From a virus (taxonomy: Duplodnaviria; Caudoviricetes): DNA of 56,446 nucleotides. The stretch is taken from positions 1 to 56,446 of the IMG/VR virus record IMGVR_UViG_3300023179_000130; one strand, 5' to 3'. Shown here one piece after another: positions 47,318-55,333 of the stretch (positions within the stretch are counted from its first letter, which is position 1; every line of letters begins with the position of its first letter). The notes below the pieces were generated by a model. It made no database searches and was not told the origin of the DNA. It was given only the letters and a program-made list of their open reading frames with translations. Position numbers and translations under genes: made by a program.

Positions 47318-48628
47318 AACCGTTCTAGCAGACCCGTGCAAAACCTTAAAAATCGGAAAACGCAAACTAATCCCGCCATCTTGGTTTTCGCTCTCAGAGA
47401 AATACTGCACAGTTATTATCTTTCCAAGTATCTTTTTAGGATGCTTATGAAAATCCTGACGTTGTTCAATACTAAAACCAGAGCCAACTCGCACAGTATA
47501 CCCCTTATGCTGAATCATAACACAACTCAACATAGTTTCCTCACACTCTGCACCATCTTTAACATAACGAAATGGCCCCATTTCAACGTCCACAACCTCA
47601 TATTCATCATCAAAGAACGCTTTATACTTCAATAGGTCTTTGGATCGCTTGCCTTTATATGGAACGTCAGACCGAAGCATAAGCCCCTCATACCCATTCT
47701 GATTGGATTCAGTCACGAATTCTTGAAAGTGATTTTCATCTTTAACCAAAGACTGTTCCAGAAGTGTCAAACAAGCACACTCATTCTTCTTCATCACTTC
47801 TGTAAGATTCTTTAGTCTAATACTAAATGGTCGATTCTTTTCTCCTTTCTGACTATAAAACTCATCATGAGAGATCATATCAAAAATTTTATATGAGGGA
47901 TTGGGGATAGTATGATCTTTCTTACGAAGTTCCTTCATTACACCTTGAAAATCCTCATTACCATCTTCATCCACAAGACAAAGCTCTCCATCAAGAACTA
48001 CATTAGTAAGTCCCAAAGCTTTAATGCCACCGCTAACAACATCAAGAGTATCAAAGATTTTTCCCGTGCGGGAATAAAAGGTAGAATTACCATTACTATC
48101 AACAATAGCAATACATCTAGCTCCGTCGATCTTCCTGCTAACATACCATCCATCCTTCCAATCTACAATATTAGGATCATATTTATCTGCCAATGCAACG
48201 CTAAATTCTGGAATATGATCTGGAATAGCCTTGTTGATAATCTTGTCCCCTGCTCTTGTTTTTAGGTCTTTATCAATTATGCAGTAAATAAGTTCCTCAT
48301 AGTCTGAGTGATGCTCAATAAAACTATTTACAGCAGCAATAGCGTCATGCCCAGTAATTTTACGACCCTTTAGAGCATCAAGCAAATCAAAAAAATTCTT
48401 GTATTCGTTCTTTCTCGATACAAGATAATTCTTCTTTTTGAGATTATCGCTTGTTACATTATATTGCCAAAGAGGATGATAAGTATAAAGAAGAATTTTC
48501 TTAGTAAAGTTTGCAGCCTCAGAATTATGGTTGCAATAATCCTCAATAATACCTTGCTTATCTATAGTGCTACTGGTAGCCCTAAGATCACGAACCATCC
48601 CCCAAACATAATTAAAATCGTGAGTCAT
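47315..48628 (-). CDS. lig: ATP-dependent DNA ligase
   Basis: SRKIDGAR (KxDG), SRTGK, LDGEL, YKIFD, EGLMLR, LLKYK, VGSGFS, SLRFP; AGGAG RBS before ATG 48628. Confidence 0.95.
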   Translation of the reverse strand: MTHDFNYVWGMVRDLRATSSTIDKQGIIEDYCNHNSEAANFTKKILLYTYHPLWQYNVTSDNLKKKNYLVSRKNEYKNFFDLLDALKGRKITGHDAIAAVNSFIEHHSDYEELIYCIIDKDLKTRAGDKIINKAIPDHIPEFSVALADKYDPNIVDWKDGWYVSRKIDGARCIAIVDSNGNSTFYSRTGKIFDTLDVVSGGIKALGLTNVVLDGELCLVDEDGNEDFQGVMKELRKKDHTIPNPSYKIFDMISHDEFYSQKGEKNRPFSIRLKNLTEVMKKNECACLTLLEQSLVKDENHFQEFVTESNQNGYEGLMLRSDVPYKGKRSKDLLKYKAFFDDEYEVVDVEMGPFRYVKDGAECEETMLSCVMIQHKGYTVRVGSGFSIEQRQDFHKHPKKILGKIITVQYFSESENQDGGISLRFPIFKVLHGSARTV

Positions 48629-48653
48629 TCCAAATTTCTCCTGTGTTCCGATC

Positions 48654-48710
48654 AGTATATCATACGATATGCCACTTGTCAAGTATCGACTATTTACGAT
48701 TTGGTCTTGA
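48654..48710 (-). promoter_or_regulatory. Tandem sigma28-like + sigma70 promoter (ligase)
   Basis: TCAAG-N15-GTCGATA directly followed by TTGACA-N17-TATACT. Confidence 0.68.
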
Positions 48711-49031
48711 AAGAAAATAATTCATAGCGTTAGTGATACCTCTTATATTATCACCCAACTTACCTATACCAGTATTACAAGGTTCACACAAAAATCCTCT
48801 AAAACTATTATCACTATGATCATGATCCAAACACCATTTATATGGTATTTTCCCGCAACATTCACAAACTTCTGGCTTAGGAGGAGCTTCTTTATGAAGT
48901 TTATTTCTTATTTTAGATTGTTTCTTAACACATTTTCTACATCTACTATCCAGATTATCTTTGTACATACTATGCTTGGGAAAACTTGCTTTGTTCTTCC
49001 TTTTCCCACAATATTTACAAATTTTTCTCAT
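48690..49031 (-). CDS. Endonuclease VII-family nuclease
   Basis: CECCG, LDHDH...RGFLCEPCNTGIG.L.DN. Confidence 0.88.
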   Translation of the reverse strand: MRKICKYCGKRKNKASFPKHSMYKDNLDSRCRKCVKKQSKIRNKLHKEAPPKPEVCECCGKIPYKWCLDHDHSDNSFRGFLCEPCNTGIGKLGDNIRGITNAMNYFLSRPNRK

Positions 49032-49040
49032 AATATTAAG

Positions 49041-49390
49041 TGGAGGCGGGCGATTCGACTCGCCGTCTTGCGATAATTTTGATAATATTTTCTACAAGTT
49101 TAGTTCTTTGTTAATTATAGATGGTTTGAACAAAGAACAAATCTTTCCACCTATTTCAACTAATCTTAACTAGAACCAGTTGAGTCATTCTAGAGCAGAG
49201 GGATTTGGCGACAGATTTTTGATCGCTACCCTCATTCGCAATCGCAATCTGTTGTTGCCTATTTAATTAGGCAGCAAGGGCTAACTGTGTTTCGCCAGTT
49301 AAAGCGTTTAATCCTGTTTTAAAGTAGCCGCAGGATCAACTACTACTTGCTTATATAATCTTCATTATCCAATCGATACATTTCGCCCCC
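49041..49390 (-). ncRNA. ssrA: tmRNA
   Basis: Acceptor stem GGGGGCG/CGCCTCC with G3.U and discriminator A; tag frame 49296-49267 after TAACT reads GETQLALAA*; pseudoknot-compatible pairings. Confidence 0.93.
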
Positions 49391-49395
49391 ATATT

Positions 49396-49596
49396 TTAGG
49401 TTAAGTTTTTATCTTTGTTTTGTTGATCATGAATCATTTTTTCTAAAATTCTTTTAAGTAATTTATTAAGTTCTTCATTCTCCATTTTATGGATTTTAGT
49501 AATCAATTGTTTGTTAGTGTTATAATATACCATATTTAATCCTAGTGAAAAAAATAATGATCCCACTAATATTAGTGAATATGGTGATATCTTCAT
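49396..49596 (-). CDS. Small membrane-anchored protein
   Basis: N-terminal TM. Confidence 0.5.
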   Translation of the reverse strand: MKISPYSLILVGSLFFSLGLNMVYYNTNKQLITKIHKMENEELNKLLKRILEKMIHDQQNKDKNLT

Positions 49597-49597
49597 T

Positions 49598-50134
49598 TTA
49601 ACTATTTTCCATAAGATATCTTTGCCATCCCATAACTATACCGCTTGCTGTTCCAACATTTAAAGATCTAACACTTCCATATCCAGGTATTGTCATAATA
49701 TAATCAACTTGCTCTAAAATAGTATTATCTAATCCAGAATTTTCTTCTCCAAATATAAAAATAGTATTTTGTATATATTGACGATAATCATATAAATTTA
49801 TTGTTTTATAATCAAATTGAGGTATATTGTTTTCTATACCAATTAAACAACAATCTTTAGATTTAGCATCATATATAAATTCATCAAAATTTGAATAATG
49901 ATATATAGGAGTGTAGTTGTGAGTTCCAACGCTACCTCTTTTATCCCATCTTTTACTATTAGCTATATGATATACTGATCTAAATCCAAAAAAATTAGCA
50001 TTTCGTACCATAGTACTAAAATTAAAATCGCCACTAATATTAACCATAGCAACACTAGCATCTATAGTATTAGTTGTGCAATAATCTTTTATTTCTTCAA
50101 CAGATAGTTTTTTAAGTTCATCTACAACATTCAT
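49598..50134 (-). CDS. SpoU/TrmH-family RNA 2'-O-methyltransferase
   Basis: N....RNA..FG, FIFGEENSGL, IPGYG.VRSLNVGTA. Confidence 0.9.
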   Translation of the reverse strand: MNVVDELKKLSVEEIKDYCTTNTIDASVAMVNISGDFNFSTMVRNANFFGFRSVYHIANSKRWDKRGSVGTHNYTPIYHYSNFDEFIYDAKSKDCCLIGIENNIPQFDYKTINLYDYRQYIQNTIFIFGEENSGLDNTILEQVDYIMTIPGYGSVRSLNVGTASGIVMGWQRYLMENS

Positions 50135-50160
50135 ATTTTATATCCTTATTATTATCCAAT

Positions 50161-50526
50161 TTAGTTAATGTCAGAGGGTTTGGCAGATATTTTTGTTTTG
50201 TTTTCGTTGCCTAACCAAAAAACCATTTCATTGGAATCATTATCCCAAGCACATTCTACAAATCCTTTTGCTGCCAATTTTGCTAAAGCAACGCCATATA
50301 GCCAGTCTCTGAGAGTATCAAATATAATATCGAGAATATCCTCATTGATAATATAATAGCCTTCTTGATCCATACCCAAACTATTTTTTTTAATCAAGTT
50401 AGTTACTTGGGTGATACTAATAAAATCATCCAAATTTTCTGAATAATTATCAGCAAAAGATTTTGCCGCCGCTTCTCTCATGGCTCTAGCATATCCCTCT
50501 AAATCAATAACACTATAATTTTGCAT
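50161..50526 (-). CDS. Hypothetical protein (possibly related to 35239-35673)
   Basis: LAKLAAKGFVECAWD..SNEMVFWL. Confidence 0.6.
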   Translation of the reverse strand: MQNYSVIDLEGYARAMREAAAKSFADNYSENLDDFISITQVTNLIKKNSLGMDQEGYYIINEDILDIIFDTLRDWLYGVALAKLAAKGFVECAWDNDSNEMVFWLGNENKTKISAKPSDIN

Positions 50527-50550
50527 TTGTTGCTATAACTCCAACTTATA

Positions 50551-50838
50551 TTAGATGTATTTATTTATGCTTTTGTCAAGATTTTCTATATCTGATTTAC
50601 ACCGATCAAGTAAATTATTAATAGTGTTTTGTAGACTATATTCTCCTCTATTTAACCATTTTTTATCCTCATAAAGAGCAGTAGTTATTTGAGGTATATA
50701 AAACTGTATTGCTCTCTCAAATTCTTCGGGAAAATATGTTTTTAAAATAGTTTCTATGTTATATAGACACTTGACAATTTTATCTCTTTCAGAAAATAGT
50801 TCAGTTATCTTTTCTTTTTGATCAAGAGTAAAGCTCAT
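50551..50838 (-). CDS. Hypothetical protein
   Basis: ORF track. Confidence 0.55.
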   Translation of the reverse strand: MSFTLDQKEKITELFSERDKIVKCLYNIETILKTYFPEEFERAIQFYIPQITTALYEDKKWLNRGEYSLQNTINNLLDRCKSDIENLDKSINKYI

Positions 50839-51245
50839 TTTACAGTCTCTTTTATTTTTAATTTCAACAGTTTATGCTTAATCTTCCAAACACCAGTTTC
50901 TTTATTTTGAATATCTGGACCCATATAAATGTGACAGAACCCGGTATGCTTATCAAGACCCCAAGCCTTAATACCATTATCATCAATATCTTCTACAACA
51001 AATCGACCCCTGTATCCCATAGGAATAAATTCACCCCTATGAACATAGTACGGGCCACCGGCAACCTTAACCTTATCGCCTTTAACTAGATCACGCCAAT
51101 TAAAATTTTGAATAATCTTAGTATTCTTTGCTTCTTTACTTTTGGGTTTAAAAATAAACATCTCACCACAATCTTTGCACACATAAGAGCGAGGGCCGTT
51201 ATTTGTAGAGCCGCAACGCGAACATTTCTTACAGCCTTTTGGCAT
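50835..51245 (-). CDS. Zinc-ribbon + SH3-like hypothetical protein
   Basis: Start at MPKGCKKCSRC...CKDC lies downstream of the promoter; KGDKVKV.GG module. Confidence 0.65.
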   Translation of the reverse strand: MPKGCKKCSRCGSTNNGPRSYVCKDCGEMFIFKPKSKEAKNTKIIQNFNWRDLVKGDKVKVAGGPYYVHRGEFIPMGYRGRFVVEDIDDNGIKAWGLDKHTGFCHIYMGPDIQNKETGVWKIKHKLLKLKIKETVK

Positions 51246-51294
51246 GGTTTGGTGTATTCCTGTATAGAGTGTGAATCTTAGCAACAACGCTTTC

Positions 51295-51334
51295 AGTATA
51301 CTGTATGGATCGGCTTTGTCAAGCAAAAACTTTA
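51295..51334 (-). promoter_or_regulatory. Interleaved sigma70 + sigma28-like promoter
   Basis: TTGACA-N16-TATACT with TAAAG(TTT)-N15-GCCGAT. Confidence 0.72.
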
Positions 51335-51350
51335 ACAAGAGGCAATTTTT

Positions 51351-52238
51351 ATGAAAACTTACCAAGAAATAACTTATCAATTTTTGTATGATGAATATAT
51401 CCTAAAAAATAAAAGCATAAGAACTATCGCTAAAGAAACTAGTTTAACTAAAAAACAAATTCAAAGACTTATTTATAAATTCGATATTCCCACTAGGAAA
51501 ACTAGACCATCAAAAAATTCTAAATACCAACATATATTAACACAAGATTTTTTATATAATGAATATATTAATAAAAATAAATCTATCAGAGAAATAAGTC
51601 AAAATACAGGTATTGATTCAAAACAAATTTCTAAATTTTTAGATACATATAAAATTGCTAAACGAACATGCGGGACTAGAAAAGGTAAAAAAAATAAAAA
51701 TAAATTTATTTATAAATCAGATATAAAAATTGGAACTAATTATGAGTATTTAACTGTTATAGATATCAAAGACAATCAATTAATTTGTAAATGTAAATGT
51801 GGAAATATTAAACAATTACACTCATCAAGAATCAGACTAAAACAAGTTAAATCATGCGGATGTTTATCTAAAAGAAGAGGAGTAGATAATCCCTTATGTA
51901 AAGGATTTGGAAATATACCCAAATCTGTATTAACTAAATGTATAATTAATGCTAGAGATAGAAATATTGATTTTCATTTAACTATAGAAGATTTAGACAG
52001 TCAATATAAAAAACAAAACGGTAAGTGTTCAATTAGTGGAGTCCATATTGGATTTAAAGACGATAAAAAAAATAGCAATACAATATTGTGTACATCATCC
52101 TTAGATAGAATAGATTCATCTAAAGGATATACTAAAGATAATATTCAATGGGTTCATAAAAAAGTTCAACAAATGAAATGGAATATTGCTCAAAAAGAAT
52201 TTATTGAATGGTGTAAAATTATTGCCTCAAATAATTAA
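51351..52238 (+). CDS. Putative homing endonuclease with duplicated HTH
   Basis: Two LY.EYI.KNKSIR.I repeats, CKCKCGN..KSCGC, SLDRIDSSKGY..DNIQWV. Confidence 0.8.
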   Translation: MKTYQEITYQFLYDEYILKNKSIRTIAKETSLTKKQIQRLIYKFDIPTRKTRPSKNSKYQHILTQDFLYNEYINKNKSIREISQNTGIDSKQISKFLDTYKIAKRTCGTRKGKKNKNKFIYKSDIKIGTNYEYLTVIDIKDNQLICKCKCGNIKQLHSSRIRLKQVKSCGCLSKRRGVDNPLCKGFGNIPKSVLTKCIINARDRNIDFHLTIEDLDSQYKKQNGKCSISGVHIGFKDDKKNSNTILCTSSLDRIDSSKGYTKDNIQWVHKKVQQMKWNIAQKEFIEWCKIIASNN

Positions 52239-52462
52239 ATTTTCTTGTCACTATCTGGAATAATAGTGAGTTTACCAGAATTATAATGACAAAAATAACT
52301 TGCTGAGATTCTTTTTTTGGTTAAATTATCTTCTTCAATTTGAATATATACATTAATTCTGTATCTATTATCATAGACATTAATAATTTTAGTCATTAAA
52401 AAATGTTTTGGCTTCTCTACTTGCTTAAAAAGCAGACTCTCTATTTCTATATCATTCATCAA
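52235..52462 (-). CDS. Hypothetical protein
   Basis: NVYDNRYRINVY...I.ASYF. Confidence 0.6.
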   Translation of the reverse strand: MMNDIEIESLLFKQVEKPKHFLMTKIINVYDNRYRINVYIQIEEDNLTKKRISASYFCHYNSGKLTIIPDSDKKI

Positions 52463-52686
52463 GACTGTCCTTTCTCAAGAAAAACCGAATCCATATTAAT
52501 AGTTAGAGTTAGCTTATTATCAAACACATAAGTATCACAGTCATACTCATCGCCAGTTTCAGCATCATGAATTACTACTGGAGAATTCCATTCAAACCTA
52601 CCAATGTTTTCAGATTTATTTGCCTGACTGTGTAGAAAATTATAAAGATCCAACCAGCTCATTTTGTTCATTGTTATATGCTCCAT
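52459..52686 (-). CDS. Hypothetical protein
   Basis: ORF track; probable start MNKMSW. Confidence 0.55.
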   Translation of the reverse strand: MEHITMNKMSWLDLYNFLHSQANKSENIGRFEWNSPVVIHDAETGDEYDCDTYVFDNKLTLTINMDSVFLEKGQS

Positions 52687-52702
52687 AATAGTGTATTATA
52701 TC

Positions 52703-52731
52703 AGTATACTAGACCGACCAGAGAAAGTCAA
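52703..52731 (-). promoter_or_regulatory. Sigma70 promoter
   Basis: TTGACT-N17-TATACT; overlaps plus-strand AGTGTA (52690-52695) region and the HNH RBS. Confidence 0.6.
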
Positions 52732-52738
52732 GGATACC

Positions 52739-53332
52739 ATGAAAAATTGCAATCGTTGTAATAATAGTTTTCCTGCGAATAAAGAATACTTTAATCAAAA
52801 CTCTAAATTAGTAGATGGCCTCCACACTATCTGTAAAAAATGTATTAAGGAATATAATTCGATTAGGTACAAAAAACATAAAGATAAAATGTTACTCCAA
52901 AGCAAACAGTGGGTTGAAAAGAATAAAAATCAAGTTAAGAAAAATAAACAATTATGGTATGAAAAAAATAAAGAAGAATTTTTACAAAAATCTTTACAAT
53001 ATAAAAAACATAGATATAAGACTGATTTATCATATAGACTAACTTGTAATTTACGACGCAGACTACATAGGGCTATTGATGGTAAATTAAAAAATGATTC
53101 AGCATTAAAACTATTAGGTTGTTCTATAGAAGAATTAAAAACTCATTTGGAAAAACAATTTATTAATGGAATGAATTGGAATAATTATGGGAAATGGCAT
53201 ATCGATCATATAAAGCCTTGTTCTAGTTTTAATTTGAGCGATCCTTTAGAGCAGAGTAGGTGTTTCAATTATTCTAATCTTCAACCCTTATGGGCGAAAG
53301 ACAATATCAAAAAATCTAATAAAATTATCTAG
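52739..53332 (+). CDS. HNH-type homing endonuclease
   Basis: AGGA RBS; CNRC..CKKC, LLGCSIEEL, WHIDHIKPC, NLQPLWA.DN..KSNK. Confidence 0.85.
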   Translation: MKNCNRCNNSFPANKEYFNQNSKLVDGLHTICKKCIKEYNSIRYKKHKDKMLLQSKQWVEKNKNQVKKNKQLWYEKNKEEFLQKSLQYKKHRYKTDLSYRLTCNLRRRLHRAIDGKLKNDSALKLLGCSIEELKTHLEKQFINGMNWNNYGKWHIDHIKPCSSFNLSDPLEQSRCFNYSNLQPLWAKDNIKKSNKII

Positions 53333-53543
53333 CCCGACGATTAGCTCTGTTTAAAATTCTAAGTTTTTCTTTTGCATTTGCTGGACAAAGAACTAAATCC
53401 GGCGCTGTTTTATGAGAGTAGTTCATAAAGCCAACCGCCCTCTGTTCTGTTGAACAATCAATACAAACCATAGGACGATTATATTCAATCAAAAATTCAG
53501 CTCTTTCTTCAGAAACGATACTTTTGCAATAATTGCAGATCAT
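53325..53543 (-). CDS. TraR/DksA-type C4 zinc-finger protein
   Basis: CNYC...V.EER.......CIDC. Confidence 0.6.
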   Translation of the reverse strand: MICNYCKSIVSEERAEFLIEYNRPMVCIDCSTEQRAVGFMNYSHKTAPDLVLCPANAKEKLRILNRANRRAR

Positions 53544-53579
53544 ACCAAACTCCGATGGGTGAGGATGCCAAGAGTCCTC

Positions 53580-53618
53580 TTTATATCACACTATCGGCGT
53601 TTTGTCAACACTTCTTTA
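53580..53618 (-). promoter_or_regulatory. Interleaved sigma70 + sigma28-like promoter
   Basis: TTGACA-N17-TATAAA with TAAAG-N15-GCCGATAG. Confidence 0.7.
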
Positions 53619-53621
53619 AAC

Positions 53622-54377
53622 TTATGACCACAGGTGTTGTCGGATTTTAATAAGTTCAATCATCATATCCTCATCTTCTTGATTATAAGAATCTTCTATT
53701 TTTAGAAGTTTACTATAATAAACATGAGAATTTTTTGGAGGTTTTATTTTAAAACCATTTGATTCTATGTTATCATATATTTTAGACCATCCACTTTTTT
53801 CCATTGGATTTACTCTATTAGGTCTTTTATTTTTCCACCATTCATATATCTTTTGAATTTTACGACTAGATTTTGCTTGGTCACTTAAAACTATTTTACC
53901 AGATTCATTTTTTATTTTTAGATTATTTGCCCACTTAAAATAATCATTAGCAGCCTCTATGCATCTACCATTTTTGAAAGAATACTTTTTGTTAGTTTCA
54001 TTTGACCATTTCATATTTAAAGCAAGTTCAATTTCTACAAAATCAACCAATTCATTAAACATACCATGCATTAAACGATAATCAAAATCATAATATTTTC
54101 CGGGTATTAATCCTGTTTTAAGATAATGTGTTTTATCTATCCATCTATTACGAATATAAATTCTGACTTCTGTACATAGATCATATGGATAATACACAAT
54201 ATTTTGTAGATTTTTTAGAAAAACTTCTGTAAACCAATATCTAAACGGTTTTCTTTTTTTGAGATCATCATAATATTCTTCCCATGCTCCCCATTCCAAA
54301 GCAAATGGTTTTTCTTCTCCTCTAATCCAAGAAGCGAATTTACTAGATGACCAATAATGAGTTCTTTGCTTAATCAT
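53622..54377 (-). CDS. Hypothetical phage protein
   Basis: Trp-rich; D...R.MH..F..LVDFVE.E, YEWW...RP.R, LIKIR..LW. Confidence 0.65.
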   Translation of the reverse strand: MIKQRTHYWSSSKFASWIRGEEKPFALEWGAWEEYYDDLKKRKPFRYWFTEVFLKNLQNIVYYPYDLCTEVRIYIRNRWIDKTHYLKTGLIPGKYYDFDYRLMHGMFNELVDFVEIELALNMKWSNETNKKYSFKNGRCIEAANDYFKWANNLKIKNESGKIVLSDQAKSSRKIQKIYEWWKNKRPNRVNPMEKSGWSKIYDNIESNGFKIKPPKNSHVYYSKLLKIEDSYNQEDEDMMIELIKIRQHLWS

Positions 54378-54392
54378 AGGATATCTTTCTAT

Positions 54393-54857
54393 TTAGACAG
54401 ACAGTGCTGATGTATGGTCTATATGTATAGTATTACTATTATAATCCTCAAAAAAACCTTCATCAGTACTATAATAAATTTGATTCAGGCCCACGGCATT
54501 AAGAAGTTTATTACAATTTTCGCAAGGCTTACTTCCCAAAATTAGTCCGCATCTATTTATTCTCATAACCACAACTTTCCACGAAGAATCAATAGTGTTA
54601 TATTTGCCAAGCAACTTATCAATTAAGCGGCTTTCGCTATGAAAAAACGGAAACTCTTTATATTTTGGCAAATTAAAATCTTCACCAATTCTATAGGCGG
54701 CAGCATGGGTTTTAATAGGGTTATTTTGTGCAAAACAAATCATACGATTACCATCAAATGCCGCTGAATAATGGTAACACCTTACCAATCTATTAGGATT
54801 CCAATTTTGATAAGATTTACGAATTGTCTTGTAAATTATTCTCATTATAAAGTTCAT
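54393..54857 (-). CDS. Zn-dependent deaminase-fold protein
   Basis: HSE...SKPCENC...IYYST. Confidence 0.75.
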   Translation of the reverse strand: MNFIMRIIYKTIRKSYQNWNPNRLVRCYHYSAAFDGNRMICFAQNNPIKTHAAAYRIGEDFNLPKYKEFPFFHSESRLIDKLLGKYNTIDSSWKVVVMRINRCGLILGSKPCENCNKLLNAVGLNQIYYSTDEGFFEDYNSNTIHIDHTSALSV

Positions 54858-55029
54858 TCAAAAATTGATTGATCTGATCCAAAGTATTTTGTGAAGGTTT
54901 ATATTCTTTATTCATTGAACCGTATTCTTCATCATTAATATCTGAGTATGATGATGGCATTGGTGTAGGAGTTACACTTTTTGTTTTTGGTGATTTTGAA
55001 TCAATAGGATTTTGTGATATTTTTTTCAT
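54817..55029 (-). CDS. Hypothetical protein
   Basis: ORF track. Confidence 0.45.
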   Translation of the reverse strand: MKKISQNPIDSKSPKTKSVTPTPMPSSYSDINDEEYGSMNKEYKPSQNTLDQINQFLNELYNENNLQDNS

Positions 55030-55038
55030 AATTGCTTT

Positions 55039-55185
55039 TTATCTGGAGGCTAACATATACAAACCGATATTAGCAAAAGCATATCCTAAATATGCTATTA
55101 GCATACCATTATTACCTTTGTATCCTTGTTCTATGGCTACCCATAAATATATCATTCCAGTAAATGCTATTAGCCATGCGCTCAT
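55039..55185 (-). CDS. Small two-helix membrane protein (48 aa)
   Basis: MSAWLIAFTGMIYLWVA...YLGYAFANIGL; below ORF-track cutoff. Confidence 0.6.
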   Translation of the reverse strand: MSAWLIAFTGMIYLWVAIEQGYKGNNGMLIAYLGYAFANIGLYMLASR

Positions 55186-55186
55186 A

Positions 55187-55333
55187 TTAATTTTTTTCTA
55201 TTGGTATGTATCTATTTCCATTATCCGAAATCTGTTCCTTACCAATAATAATCTTAGGATCTTGCTTGAGCAAGTTGATCATTTCCTGGGTATTAACATT
55301 ATCACTAATAACAATAGTTCCAATTTGGGCCAT
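55187..55333 (-). CDS. Small hypothetical protein (48 aa)
   Basis: AAGGAG RBS, MAQIGTIVISD... Confidence 0.55.
   Translation of the reverse strand: MAQIGTIVISDNVNTQEMINLLKQDPKIIIGKEQISDNGNRYIPIEKN

Noticed and set aside
50551-50579. TTGACA upstream of 50161-50526 as another composite promoter
   Set aside because: No convincing -10 at 16-18 nt and no correctly spaced sigma28-like pair on this strand
5288-51089. Many plus-strand ORFs in the track (e.g. 15790, 31854, 35156, 38256, 39308, 40403, 47252, 47912)
   Set aside because: Antisense shadows of well-supported minus-strand genes with no motifs; they cluster opposite TTA-poor genes because TTA is the reverse complement of TAA
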